Source: Fibrobacterota bacterium (GTDB taxonomy: Bacteria; Fibrobacterota; Fibrobacteria; UBA11236). From it: 64,000 bases of DNA. Below are positions 10,478 through 20,473 of this stretch, piece by piece. The position numbers were made by a program, and so were the translations under genes. Every line of letters begins with the position of its first letter. Position 1 is the stretch's first letter. The notes below the pieces were generated by a model, which was not told the origin of the DNA, did no database searches, and saw only the letters and a list, made by a program, of their open reading frames with translations. The stretch covers positions 14,923 to 78,922 of the forward strand of contig CANIEU010000009.1 of NCBI GenBank assembly GCA_947466585.1. The letters run 5' to 3'.

Positions 10478-11761
10478 ATGGCCGCAGAGCACATTCAAAC
10501 TCCCAAGGGAACGCGCGATTTCTTCCCCGCCGACATGCGTTTACAAAACCATGTTTTCGATGGTTGGCGAAGTGTTTGTCGTTCCTTCGGTTACGAAGAA
10601 TACGAGGGCCCGACCTTCGAGCATCTCGAGTTGTACGTCGGTAAATCCGGTCCCGAGATCGTGGAGCAGCTCTATCACTTCAAGGACAAGGGCGATCGCG
10701 ATCTTGCCTTGCGGCCCGAGCTGACGCCGACCTTGGCCCGCATGGTCAACGCCAAGGGTCCCGCGCTGCGCAAGCCTCTCAAATGGTTCTCCATCCCGCG
10801 CCTGTACCGTTACGAACGCGCTCAGCGCGGCCGTTTACGCGAGTTCTTCCAGCTCAACATGGACATCGTTGGGTGCGACACCGTGGCGGCCGAAGCCGAT
10901 TTGATTGCGGCAGTGATCGAGATGCTGCGCGGGTTCGGCCTGGGCTCGAGTGACTTCGCGGTCCGCATTGCCAGCCGGGCCCTGCTGTCGGAATTCCTCG
11001 ACCGCCTCGGCGTCGCCGCCGACTGCAAAGCCGGGGTCTATGCCGCGCTCGACAAACGCGCCAAAATTGGCGAAGCAGAATTCCGCCGCCTGCTCGATGA
11101 ACTCGGCGCCGGGAACGTTACCCCCGATCTGGAGCGTTTCTTTCAGTGCCGTTCGTTGCAAGACCTGACGCAGGTGTTTCCGGATCCATCGGCCGGGGAA
11201 CATGCCGCGCTGCAAGATTTGCAAAACCTTTTCACCCTGCTTGCAGGGCTTGGTTTGGAAGATTCCCTCACCATCGACACCTCGGTGGTGCGCGGACTGG
11301 CCTACTACACCGGCATCGTGTTCGAAGTATTCGATAAGGGCATCGGCCTGCGCGCCTTAGCCGGCGGCGGACGCTACGACAGCCTGATGGCCAGCCTCGG
11401 CGGCGCGCCCGTTTCGGCGGTGGGCTTCGGCATGGGCGACGTCGTGCTTGCGGAACTTCTGAAGGAAAAGGATCTCTTGCCGCAGGGCCGTTCCGGGGTG
11501 GACTACTACCTCGCCGATCTCGCTTCCGGAGAATTGCCGCGCGCCGAAATGCTTGCGCTGGCACAACGCCTGCGCGGCGCGGGGCGTTCGGTGGCCTATT
11601 CCCTCAAGGGCGGCAAGTTCAAAAAACAGATGGAAGAAGCCAATGACGCGGGCGCGAAACGCGTCCTCTTTTTCGGCTCCGATCGTGCGCCTGCGGGCAG
11701 CTTCGAAGTGAAGGATCTCGCCAGCGGCGAACAACAAGTTTTAGAGGAAGCGTTACTATGA
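10478..11761 (+). CDS. hisS: Histidine--tRNA ligase
   Basis: Class II aaRS motifs (LRPELT, GGRYD, GFGMG) and a C-terminal anticodon-binding domain. Start at the ATG at 10478 (MAAEHIQTPKGTRDF). Confidence 0.9.
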   Translation: MAAEHIQTPKGTRDFFPADMRLQNHVFDGWRSVCRSFGYEEYEGPTFEHLELYVGKSGPEIVEQLYHFKDKGDRDLALRPELTPTLARMVNAKGPALRKPLKWFSIPRLYRYERAQRGRLREFFQLNMDIVGCDTVAAEADLIAAVIEMLRGFGLGSSDFAVRIASRALLSEFLDRLGVAADCKAGVYAALDKRAKIGEAEFRRLLDELGAGNVTPDLERFFQCRSLQDLTQVFPDPSAGEHAALQDLQNLFTLLAGLGLEDSLTIDTSVVRGLAYYTGIVFEVFDKGIGLRALAGGGRYDSLMASLGGAPVSAVGFGMGDVVLAELLKEKDLLPQGRSGVDYYLADLASGELPRAEMLALAQRLRGAGRSVAYSLKGGKFKKQMEEANDAGAKRVLFFGSDRAPAGSFEVKDLASGEQQVLEEALL

Positions 11762-12213
11762 AAAAATCCGCCAAAAAATCGATTAAGAAATCCGTCGCAG
11801 TGGCCCATGTCGCGGGCGCAGGTTCCTCCGAGACCTACGAGGGGCGCCAGTCCCATATCCCCGGGATGAAGATGCCCGAGATCGAGACCTGGGAGTTTCT
11901 GTACCCCGGAAGCGCGACCACGCTGGAAGTGAGCGTTCCCGAGTTCACCTGCATCTGTCCCAAAACCGGTTTGCCCGATTTCGCAACCTTGGTCATAGCT
12001 TACGTGCCGAATAAACTTTGCCTCGAGCTCAAGAGTTTCAAGGAATACATCAATTCCTTCCGCGAGATGGGCATCTTCCACGAGCACGTGGTGAACCGCG
12101 TGCTGGCCGACTGCGTGAAGGCCTGCAAGCCGCGTGAAATGGAAGTCCGCGGCGTATTCAACGCTCGCGGCGGCATTCAGACGACTGCGTCAGCCGCCTT
12201 CCGTTCCCGTTAA
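11758..12213 (+). CDS. queF: NADPH-dependent 7-cyano-7-deazaguanine (preQ0) reductase, type I
   Basis: QueF motif ELKSFKEY and catalytic Cys in TCICPKTGLPDF. ATGA overlap with the hisS stop. Confidence 0.85.
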   Translation: MKKSAKKSIKKSVAVAHVAGAGSSETYEGRQSHIPGMKMPEIETWEFLYPGSATTLEVSVPEFTCICPKTGLPDFATLVIAYVPNKLCLELKSFKEYINSFREMGIFHEHVVNRVLADCVKACKPREMEVRGVFNARGGIQTTASAAFRSR

Positions 12214-12427
12214 TCGTTCCCACCATGGAGCGCTTCTTTCGCTGGCGGGAGTGGTAGGGTTCCACACCCGCCCTGCCTAATCCCTACCATCGATAAGGAT
12301 CAAGGTCTTATTGACACGGGATCTCGAGCGGAGAATCGCCTCCGAAGGCGCATCGATCACTCCCCGTTTTTTACATTTGCGGCTCTAAAATCGGCCCAAA
12401 CCTCTCCAAACCTGGAAAAGGAATCCC

Positions 12428-13501
12428 ATGAAAAAGGTCTACAACTTCAGCGCCGGCCCTGCCATCCTCCCGCGTGAGGCGATGGAAGCCGGTTCGCGTG
12501 CGTGCCTCGAATTTCAGGGCATGGGCATGTCCCTGCTCGAGATTTCGCATCGCTCGAAGGAGTTCGAGCAGGTTGTGGCCGATGCCGTCGCCATCGTGAA
12601 GGAATTGCTGGGTGTTCCCGATGGATACAAGGTGCTGTTTCTTCAGGGCGGCGCGAGCCTTCAATTCGCCATGGTTCCGATGAACCTGCTGGGAGACAAC
12701 GAAACCGCCGCTTACACGAACACGGGCGTCTGGGCCGACAAGGCGATCAAGGAAGCCAAACTGTTCGGCAACGTGAACGTGGTCGCTTCGAGCAAGGAAG
12801 CGAATTACACCTTCATCCCGAAGGACTATACCGTACCTGCCGACGCGCAGTACTTTCATGTCACCTCGAACAACACCATTTACGGCACGCAATTGCAGAG
12901 CTTTCCCGAGTCGCCGGTACCGCTGGTAGCGGACATGAGCAGCGATATCTTCAGCCGTCCGGTGGACGTGTCGAAGTTCGGCTTGATCTACGCCGGCTCG
13001 CAGAAGAACATGGGCATCGCGGGTACGACCTTGGTGATCATCCGTGAAGACTGGATGGGCAAGGGCAAACGCAAGCTGCCGTCGATGCTCGACTACAAGG
13101 TGCACGCCGACAACGATTCGATGTACAACACGCCTCCGGCGTTCGCCATCTACATGGCGCTTGAGACACTGAAGTGGGTGAAGGCGCAGGGCGGCGTGTC
13201 GGCCATGCAGACGCGCAACGAGGAAAAGGCCGCGACGCTGTACGCCGAGATCGACAACAACCCGCTGTTCAAGGGCACCTGTGCGGTGGAAGACCGTTCG
13301 CGCATGAACATCACCTTCGTGATGGAGAAGCCCGAACTGGAGAAGGAGTTCTTGAAGGAAGCCGAAGCCGCAGGGTTGTCGGGCCTCAAGGGACACCGTT
13401 CGGTGGGCGGCTTCCGTGCGAGCATCTACAACGCCATGGGCCTCGACGGCGTGCAGGCGTTGACTTCACTCATGCAGGACTTCGCCAAGCGTCACGCCTG
13501 A
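12428..13501 (+). CDS. serC: Phosphoserine aminotransferase
   Basis: [12 protein letters not shown] start and the PLP-lysine region (GSQKNMG), collinear with SerC. Confidence 0.9.
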   Translation: MKKVYNFSAGPAILPREAMEAGSRACLEFQGMGMSLLEISHRSKEFEQVVADAVAIVKELLGVPDGYKVLFLQGGASLQFAMVPMNLLGDNETAAYTNTGVWADKAIKEAKLFGNVNVVASSKEANYTFIPKDYTVPADAQYFHVTSNNTIYGTQLQSFPESPVPLVADMSSDIFSRPVDVSKFGLIYAGSQKNMGIAGTTLVIIREDWMGKGKRKLPSMLDYKVHADNDSMYNTPPAFAIYMALETLKWVKAQGGVSAMQTRNEEKAATLYAEIDNNPLFKGTCAVEDRSRMNITFVMEKPELEKEFLKEAEAAGLSGLKGHRSVGGFRASIYNAMGLDGVQALTSLMQDFAKRHA

Positions 13502-13525
13502 TCCAAGCGGCGCTGTCCGAGAACG

Positions 13526-13558
13526 AGCCCGACCGGTTTTCCGGCCGGGCTTTTTTTT
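13526..13558 (+). terminator. Rho-independent terminator after serC
   Basis: Hairpin gcccgaccgg-tttt-ccggccgggc followed by T8. Confidence 0.75.
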
Positions 13559-13793
13559 GTGCTGCCGCATCAAAATTCGTCGAAAACCCCAAAATGACGT
13601 AAATACCGAAAAAGTACCTGTTAGAAGGCTGATTCGGTACGAGAGGAGGACCGCCATCCCCGTCTCATAGGGGATAATTGCGCCGAAAAGGCCATTTGTT
13701 GCAATGTATGGATAATGAAGGCACCGCGTGATAGTACCAAAATATGCCGATTTAATGCAAATACGTGCGTTCAATTGGTGTTTAATTCATACC

Positions 13794-15254
13794 ATGCCCG
13801 TTACCAGAGCCCAGGAATTCCAGCAATGGATTCTTGCCGAGATCGCAAAATTACCTGCGGACACCTGTCTGCCTCCCGATCGGGAATTAAGCGCGCAATG
13901 GGGACTTTCGACCATCACGGTGCAGCGTGTGCTAGCCAAGCTGCGCGACGAGGGCACGGTGATCCGAATTCCCGGCAAGGGTACGTTCACGCCCAACGGC
14001 AACAAGATGGGCCTGACCACCTTGCAGATCAAGGCCGGCACCCTGCGTGAATCCTCGGTGGAACATTTGGTCAGCAGTTTGGTGCGATTGATCTCCGAGG
14101 GCGTGTATCGCAAAGGCAAGGCGCTGCCCCCGGTCAAGTTCGTGCGCAATCAGTTCAAGGTGTCTTCCGAGACGGTGACCACGGCCTACCAGCGGCTCGA
14201 GCAACTCGGGTATGTCGAAAAAATCGGGAAGAGCTATTGGGTGGGCCGGCTCGATCAGCTGATGACGCAGCATGCCGTTCAGGAAGTGTTCTTTTTGCGT
14301 TTCGGGACCGACGATTTCCAGGAGATCTTCAATTCCGAACCGATCGCCTTGGCCTTCCAGAAAATGGAGCGCGAGCTTTACAACGGCGGATACTTTCTTC
14401 ATCCCGAAAAGGCCGAGAACCTTCCCGAGCTTGCCCGGGAGTGGGAAGCCAAATGGCGCTACCCCGCGGGCATCGTCTTTTACGCGGTGGACCCGTCGCA
14501 CCTGCCCTTTCTGCGCGACTTCTTCGACAAGCACGGCGCGCAACTTAAAAACCGCGTGCGCGTGCTGGTGCACGGAGCCAACGGCAATCTCACCGAGCTG
14601 GTGCCGCACGCCCAGGTGTTTCTGCGTGGGAACGTCGATACCGAGAAGGCACGCGTACTCGCGTACTATCTGCTCAACGCAGGATACCGGGAGGCGAATT
14701 TCTGTATCGATGAAACCGATCTCTCGGAGTTCGTGGATGTGCGCTTCTTTTTGAAGATCGCGCTTTCGGTAAAGAACATCATTCCCGACTTCGTGTTCCG
14801 CTTCATCATCCGGCCCAAGCCCGGGTCAACGGTGCGCCTGGCGTTTTCAGACCATCTCGACGAGGGGTATCGCACCTACCTCAAAAGCAAGTATCCCAAC
14901 GCCAATCTCGAAAACCTCGAGAGTCACGTGCAGTTCAGCACCGAGCCCTTTGCCGCCTGCGCGGAGCACCCTGCCACTCGCATCTGGATTTTCTTCCGGG
15001 ATCAAATGGCCGCCGAGGCGATGGATTGGCTCCGCGCACGGGGAAAGAGCGTTCCGCAAGACGTGGCGATCGCCGGGTTTCAGAACGACCCGCGCTACTA
15101 CCACCTCGGCATCAGTACCTGCGGGCCCGATTGGGACAACATGGGTTATGTGATGGCCCACGCCATCATCGGCGACATCAAGCTGTCGAAATCCCGCAAG
15201 GGCTTTGTGAAGGTCCGCTGCCACATGGTGGACAAGCTGACGACGCCGCGGTAG
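13794..15254 (+). CDS. Transcriptional regulator with two tandem GntR-type wHTH domains and a LacI/PBP-type sugar-binding C-terminal domain (AraR-like)
   Basis: wHTH 1 is LPPDRELSAQWGLSTITVQRVLAKLRDEGTVIRIPGKGTF. wHTH 2 is LPPVKFVRNQFKVSSETVTTAYQRLEQLGYVEKIGKSYWV. The C-terminal DVAIAGFQNDPRYYHLGISTCG is a LacI-family C-domain signature. Start chosen at M23 (MPVTRAQ...). Confidence 0.65.
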   Translation: MPVTRAQEFQQWILAEIAKLPADTCLPPDRELSAQWGLSTITVQRVLAKLRDEGTVIRIPGKGTFTPNGNKMGLTTLQIKAGTLRESSVEHLVSSLVRLISEGVYRKGKALPPVKFVRNQFKVSSETVTTAYQRLEQLGYVEKIGKSYWVGRLDQLMTQHAVQEVFFLRFGTDDFQEIFNSEPIALAFQKMERELYNGGYFLHPEKAENLPELAREWEAKWRYPAGIVFYAVDPSHLPFLRDFFDKHGAQLKNRVRVLVHGANGNLTELVPHAQVFLRGNVDTEKARVLAYYLLNAGYREANFCIDETDLSEFVDVRFFLKIALSVKNIIPDFVFRFIIRPKPGSTVRLAFSDHLDEGYRTYLKSKYPNANLENLESHVQFSTEPFAACAEHPATRIWIFFRDQMAAEAMDWLRARGKSVPQDVAIAGFQNDPRYYHLGISTCGPDWDNMGYVMAHAIIGDIKLSKSRKGFVKVRCHMVDKLTTPR

Positions 15255-15263
15255 GAGACGAAG

Positions 15264-15412
15264 AGTGGCTGGGCATGAGTGGTTGGGAATGAGTGACTAG
15301 TGGCTAGCAACACGTCAGGAAACGAGAGATCCTGGATTTCCTTGTTCTCTCTTTACAAGCCACTAACCACTTGTCACTACCCACTACCCACTAGTCACCA
15401 ACCACTCAAGTG
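15264..15412. repeat. Compound inverted-repeat element, AGTGG/CCACT type (copy E)
   Basis: Left arm gagtggctgggcatgagtggttgggaatgagtgactagtgg; right arm ccactaaccacttgtcactacccactacccactagtcaccaaccactc. The ~46-nt spacer contains gatcctgg...ttgttctctc, similar to the copy B spacer. The right arm overlaps the stop of the convergent hydrolase gene. Confidence 0.75.
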
Positions 15413-16202
15413 TCGAGGAATTGAATTCCTCCACCGCTTCCCAGTGATGCACGTGGCCCCAGCGCCCGAACACCTTGAGTTTGCTGCCCGCGATGCGGCT
15501 GTGCAAATACTCGCTGTAGCTCATAGGCGTGAAGATATCCGCTGAACCGATGGTGATCAGGCAGGGTACCTTGATCTCGTGCACGTTTGCGGTGGTGTCG
15601 TGGGTGATGCAGGCGGAAGCCTGCGCGGCGAAGGCGTGCTGCGGCATCCAATCACCCCTTGCTGCGGTATCGGGGCCGGAGCTCTGAATCGCGGCCTTCA
15701 GTTCCGCGCTGTGCGCATTGGTCCACTCCGGTGTCCAAATCCAGAGGAAGAGCAGTTCCTGGAAATCTTCGGGCTTCACCACCGCGCGCACCTTGGAGAG
15801 GTTTTCGAATACCGTGGCGGCGTAGGGGCTGAACTTCGCCCAAGTGCATACCAGCACCATGGAGCGGACGAGATCAGGATGACGCAACGCGATTTGCTGG
15901 GCGATGGCTCCGCCCATGGAAATGCCCGCAAGCCGCACCTTGCCCAAACCCAGGCCGCGGATCAGACCCGCGTAGTCATCCGCCATTTGTGCGGTGGTGT
16001 ACGGGCCTTCGGGTTTGTCCGATTCGCCGGTGCCGCGGTTGTCGACGAGAAAGCACCGGAAAATGTTGGCGTAGGCTTGGGCATGAGCTTCCCACACCTG
16101 TCCGTCGGCTCCGAGGCCCATGATCAGCACTAAAGGTTCTCCGGTGCCGCGTTCTTCGTAAGCAATGCGTATGCCGTTGGTCTCAATGAATTTCTTGATC
16201 AC
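15384..16202 (-). CDS. Alpha/beta-fold hydrolase
   Basis: G-x-S-x-G nucleophile elbow (GISMGG), HGW, and an overall alpha/beta-hydrolase fold pattern. Confidence 0.7.
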   Translation of the reverse strand: MIKKFIETNGIRIAYEERGTGEPLVLIMGLGADGQVWEAHAQAYANIFRCFLVDNRGTGESDKPEGPYTTAQMADDYAGLIRGLGLGKVRLAGISMGGAIAQQIALRHPDLVRSMVLVCTWAKFSPYAATVFENLSKVRAVVKPEDFQELLFLWIWTPEWTNAHSAELKAAIQSSGPDTAARGDWMPQHAFAAQASACITHDTTANVHEIKVPCLITIGSADIFTPMSYSEYLHSRIAGSKLKVFGRWGHVHHWEAVEEFNSSTLEWLVTSG

Positions 16203-16334
16203 GGGGCTCCTTGACCGGTTGCGGGACTCTCACATTCTAACCTCTAGGAGACCGGTGCGCCCGGGAAATTCAACCTTCCCCGTACCGGTAATGCATCGAA
16301 ACCGCACCGCCCCGCAAGGGCGTTCCGTGCGGGC

Positions 16335-17615
16335 TCAGCGGATTTTGGTCGGTTCCGCTTTAGTTTCCACCTTGGGTTCCAATTTCGGTTCCAGCTTGGG
16401 TTCCACCGCATCCCGCGGTTTGGTCTCGCGGATTTTGGGGTCCTTGTTCACCATTTGATTCTCCTGCACGATCGGCGCTTCGGTGCCCGTATTGTCCGAG
16501 ACCATGCCTTCTGCGGCAGCAGCTTCCGCCGCCGATGCCGCAGAGTCGGCGCGCAGCGCCAGCATGGCCCGGTAGCGCGCCCGGTTGCCCGCAGCGATGA
16601 TGATGAAGCCGTTGTGCTCGGCGTAGGTTTCACTGAAATAATGAGCGTGCGACCCGTCGTCCTTGGCCACAAAGAACATCATTCGGGTACCCTCCGGATG
16701 GAGCGCGGCGCGCAACGCCGATTCCCCCGGGCTGCAAATAGGTCCCGGAGGCAGTCCGGTAAAGCGGCGCGTGTTGTACAGGGAGTGCGACTGCAGATCT
16801 TCTTTGCGCAGGGGAGAGGTCATCTTGCGCACGGCGAAACGCACCGTGGGATCGGCGCCCAGCGACCAGCCTTTGCGCAGGCGGTTGTGAAACACGCCGG
16901 AGATGGTTTTCTGCTCGCGCTTCACCGCTGCTTCCTTCTCCACGATCGAGGCCATGGTGACCAGCCCGTTCACCCCGTACTGTTTTACGAACTCCGACTC
17001 TTCGATCGGCAGCGTGGCGAGCACCTCCTGAAAGCGCGACACCAGCAGGCGGAGCACATCCTGTTCCTTCAGTTTCCACGGCACGATATAGGTGTCGGGA
17101 TAGAGGTAGCCCTCCAGGTCGGAAGCCTGCAGTCCTAAGGAGTGTGCGAATTCTTCCGAGTGCACCAGCGACTCGAATTGCAGCGAGTCGAGAGGAAAAT
17201 ATTTTTTCAGAATGCCGTAAATTTCCCAACTGGCCCTGCCTTCGGGAATGGTCATGGAGCGCGTGGCCATTTCGCCGAAGGTCAGCTTGGTGGCGATTTC
17301 CATAATCGAATTGCGCGGGGGCAGGTAATAGAACCCCGAACGGATGCGACGCTCCCAACCGGTGATACGCAGCACCACCTTGAGCACGCGGGGGAAGGCG
17401 ATCAACCCTTTTTCATGCAGGTCGGTCACCAAGGCATTGGCCGTAATGTTTTCGGGAACTTCGTAGAGAACGCGTGGCGGGAGGTCGGCGGCGGCGCTTT
17501 CGAACAGCGGCCATTTGCCCCACAACAGAAATCCCGTGATGGCGACCAACAAAGCGGCCAGCACGATCGCGCGCGTCACAAATGTTCGGGTTTTTTTGAT
17601 CCAGGCCGCGGTCAT
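16335..17615 (-). CDS. mltG: Endolytic murein transglycosylase MltG (YceG-like) with low-complexity C-terminal tail
   Basis: N-terminal TM helix, YceG motifs (LASIVEKE, GLPPGPI), and a C-terminal PKLEPKLEPKVETKAEP tail arising from 12-bp tandem repeats. Confidence 0.75.
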   Translation of the reverse strand: MTAAWIKKTRTFVTRAIVLAALLVAITGFLLWGKWPLFESAAADLPPRVLYEVPENITANALVTDLHEKGLIAFPRVLKVVLRITGWERRIRSGFYYLPPRNSIMEIATKLTFGEMATRSMTIPEGRASWEIYGILKKYFPLDSLQFESLVHSEEFAHSLGLQASDLEGYLYPDTYIVPWKLKEQDVLRLLVSRFQEVLATLPIEESEFVKQYGVNGLVTMASIVEKEAAVKREQKTISGVFHNRLRKGWSLGADPTVRFAVRKMTSPLRKEDLQSHSLYNTRRFTGLPPGPICSPGESALRAALHPEGTRMMFFVAKDDGSHAHYFSETYAEHNGFIIIAAGNRARYRAMLALRADSAASAAEAAAAEGMVSDNTGTEAPIVQENQMVNKDPKIRETKPRDAVEPKLEPKLEPKVETKAEPTKIR

Positions 17616-17756
17616 GGTCAGAGCTCCTCCGGCGTGTTCACCTATTTCACCTAATGTAGGCGTTCCCGAGGCGGTTCATGGGGCACTTCGGAAGAAAGTA
17701 CAAGAACGGGGCGCGCGTTCGTACGGATCGATTGCGAACCGCGTGCCCGTCGTTGG

Positions 17757-18755
17757 TTAGTTCCAGCCGTCGCTGGCGGGTTTCCCTGCGCGCGAAAGGC
17801 CGTAAGCCTCGAGCTTGAACTCCGCCAAGCCAAGGCGGCTTGCAGAAGAGGTCAGTAGTACCGGGCACTTTTCTTTTTTGAAACGTTTGTCGATGGGGAA
17901 TTCCCCGAGGTCGCATTTGCTCAGCACGATGAGCTTCGGCTTTTCGAGCAGCAAGGGATGGAACTTTTCCAGTTCCTTGCGCAGGATTTTGTACTGGCCA
18001 TACGGATCTTCACCCGAAGCGTCGATGGTGAACGCAAGGCAACGCGTGCGTTCGATGTGACGTAAAAAGCGATGACCCAAACCCTTGCCTTCGGCGGCAC
18101 CTTCGATGATGCCGGGAATGTCGACCAGAACGAAGCTGGCGCCGGGAGCGATGCTCACCACGCCGAGCGCGGGCTTGAGGGTGGTGAAGGGGTAGTCGGC
18201 AACCTTCGGGGTGGCCGAAGAGACCGCGCGCACCAGCGAGCTTTTGCCCGCATTCGGAAAGCCGACCAAACCGCAATCGGCCAGCAGTTTCAATTCGAGC
18301 GCCAAGCGGCGGCGTCCGCCGGGAGCGCCGGGGGTGAATTGACGGGGAGCCTGGTTGCGCGAGCTTTTAAAGGCCGTGTTGCCGGCGCCGCCGCGACCGC
18401 CTTCGGCGATGATGACGCGCTGACCGTCTTTTTTAAGGTCGGCGAGAACTTCGCCGGTGTCGGCGTCTTTGACCAAGGTGCCGGCAGGGAGCAGCAGGAT
18501 CTGATCCACGCCGCTGCGGCCGGTACAATCGCCGGTGCCGCCCTTTTCGCCGTTTTCCGCCTTGAAAATGCGGCTTTGGCCGATGTCGTAGAGGGTGTGG
18601 CGATCCTTGCTGGCCACCAGAATCACGTGGCCGCCGCGGCCTCCGTTGCCACCGGCGGGACCGCCCATGGGCACGTATTTCTCGTGCCGGAAAGCGACCA
18701 TTCCGTCGCCCCCTTTGCCCGCAAGGACCTCGATCTTCGTTTCATCCAAAAACAT
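17757..18755 (-). CDS. obg: GTPase Obg/CgtA
   Basis: Obg-fold N-domain (MFLDETKIEVLAGKGGDGMVAFRHEKYVPMGGPAGGNGGRGG) and G-domain motifs GLVGFPNAGKSS and DIPG. Start placed at the internal ATG at 18755. Confidence 0.9.
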   Translation of the reverse strand: MFLDETKIEVLAGKGGDGMVAFRHEKYVPMGGPAGGNGGRGGHVILVASKDRHTLYDIGQSRIFKAENGEKGGTGDCTGRSGVDQILLLPAGTLVKDADTGEVLADLKKDGQRVIIAEGGRGGAGNTAFKSSRNQAPRQFTPGAPGGRRRLALELKLLADCGLVGFPNAGKSSLVRAVSSATPKVADYPFTTLKPALGVVSIAPGASFVLVDIPGIIEGAAEGKGLGHRFLRHIERTRCLAFTIDASGEDPYGQYKILRKELEKFHPLLLEKPKLIVLSKCDLGEFPIDKRFKKEKCPVLLTSSASRLGLAEFKLEAYGLSRAGKPASDGWN

Positions 18756-18871
18756 GAGATCGGTAAAGGTAGAATCAATGCCGGTCGAGCGTTGCCTTCC
18801 CTTTACAGTCCTTTCGACTGCCCTGCAGTCGTATTGTCTTCCCTGCATGGGGGAACTAACTTGCCCGTTCC

Positions 18872-19390
18872 ATGTATTCCAAAGGTCCCACCCGCTTCGG
18901 CACCCCCGAAGGCTATATCGAATCCCTGCTGCAACGTTTGCGCGAGGACGATGCCAGCGTGTTGGCCGATTTTCTGGACTGGCAAAGCAAGCCGCTCGAG
19001 TTTTTTGAAAAGGTCGAGGGTGCCCACGAATTTCTCGACCAACTGACGTTCAAGATCAAGGAAAGCAAATCGCGGATGAGCAAGGACATGCTCACCCAGT
19101 TTTCCCTCGATTTTCTGCGCAATACGTTGGTCTCGTACGGCTACAATCCGAAGTTCGTGGCGGTGCAGTGTAAGGCGCTGATCACCTATTACCAGAATCA
19201 GAAAAATCTGGCCAAGGCGATCGAGGTTTGCGAGTTTCTGATTGAGAATGGAATCACCGACGACGACGCCCGGGGATTTCACGTGCGTCTCGACGAATTC
19301 CACCGCCTCAAGAAAAAGGTCGACGAACGCGGGGGAGACCTCAGCGGCATCACCTTCGTCCCGATCGAAGACGATGAGGACGAAGAGTAG
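18872..19390 (+). CDS. Hypothetical protein, acidic C-terminus
   Basis: 172-aa ORF with high GC3. No recognisable family. Confidence 0.5.
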   Translation: MYSKGPTRFGTPEGYIESLLQRLREDDASVLADFLDWQSKPLEFFEKVEGAHEFLDQLTFKIKESKSRMSKDMLTQFSLDFLRNTLVSYGYNPKFVAVQCKALITYYQNQKNLAKAIEVCEFLIENGITDDDARGFHVRLDEFHRLKKKVDERGGDLSGITFVPIEDDEDEE

Positions 19391-19394
19391 GGAA

Positions 19395-19512
19395 GGGTAG
19401 GTAGTCGGTAGTAGGTAGACGGTAGCGAAAACGTCTCGACCACGCGCCGCGTAGTTTCCCGAAAAGATCTTCCGTGTTCTCTACCGTCTACCTACTACCG
19501 ACTACCGTCTAT
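19395..19512. repeat. Compound inverted-repeat element, GGTAG/CTACC type (copy B)
   Basis: 26-bp perfect inverted repeat: ggtagtcggtagtaggtagacggtag paired with ctaccgtctacctactaccgactacc. 55-nt spacer. It abuts or overlaps the stop codons of both convergent flanking genes. Confidence 0.85.
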
Positions 19513-20126
19513 TTCACAATTCCCTGTAGCTCTTTGAACTCCGCCGTACCGGCTTTGCGGAGCCATTCGAACATGACCATTTCAACCGTCACGATTTGCG
19601 CACCATGGGTTTCCATGCGGCGCAGCGCCGCGCGCTTGTCCGACTCCTTGCGCGACGAAACCGCATCCTCCACTACAGAGACGGCCACATCGGGGTTTCG
19701 GGCCAAATCCAGCGCGGTTTGCAAAATGCACACGTGCGTTTCGACGCCGCAGAGCAAAAGCTGATCGCGTCCCGAGTCCGAAAGCTTTTTCAGGGCCGCT
19801 ACCCATTCCGGAACGTCGCAGGCGCTGAAGGCGAGTTTTTCGAGGATCGGGGTCCCTGTCTGCAGCTCTGCCGCGATGGTTCCCAATGTGGGCCCGAGTG
19901 CCTTGGGGTACTGTTCGGTGACCAGCGCAGGAACGCCGAGGCGTGCGGCGGCCTTCGCCAAAATCGCGATGCGATTTCCCACGGCGTCCATGTTCTCGAC
20001 GGCGCCGTAAAACTTTTCCTGCGCGTCGATGATGAGTAACACGGAACGCGACGCGTCTAGTAGGGAAGGGCTGCGGTTGGCCGGGGATTTCTCGGGGAAG
20101 AGCATGGGCGTAAGATAACCAGACAA
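19509..20126 (-). CDS. Isochorismatase-family (cysteine) hydrolase
   Basis: LLIIDAQEKF and LLLCGVETHVCILQTALD (catalytic Cys) fit the isochorismatase-like fold. An alternative start exists at 20105. Confidence 0.7.
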   Translation of the reverse strand: MSGYLTPMLFPEKSPANRSPSLLDASRSVLLIIDAQEKFYGAVENMDAVGNRIAILAKAAARLGVPALVTEQYPKALGPTLGTIAAELQTGTPILEKLAFSACDVPEWVAALKKLSDSGRDQLLLCGVETHVCILQTALDLARNPDVAVSVVEDAVSSRKESDKRAALRRMETHGAQIVTVEMVMFEWLRKAGTAEFKELQGIVK

Positions 20127-20411
20127 ATCTCACGCTGTGCCGGGCTGCGACCGTCGTCCCGTGAAGGCGGGCAAGGCATCCAGTCAGCGTAGGGCCTTCC
20201 GAAAATACTCGCTCTCTGTTGGCGTTTCTTTGCAGTCTGGACCCCGGCCTTCGCCGGGGTGACGGATTAGCAGGAAAGGTGGCGAAGAAAAACAGGGAAC
20301 GACAGGGACGCCGGTGCGAGACCGAGGCCCGCTAGGCGGCCCGACGCAGACATACCGTTAGTATGGCGAGGAGGGCCAACGCCGCGGGACAAAGGTCGCA
20401 GCCCGGTGCCG

Positions 20412-20455
20412 GAGGGCAAAAGAAAATCCTCCAGCTTTGGGCTGGAGGATTTTCG
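20412..20455 (-). terminator. Rho-independent terminator for ilvC
   Basis: Perfect 13-bp palindrome aaaatcctccagc/gctggaggatttt with a T-rich tract on the minus strand (ttttcttttg). Confidence 0.8.
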
Positions 20456-20473
20456 AGAATCACGAGACGAGGA

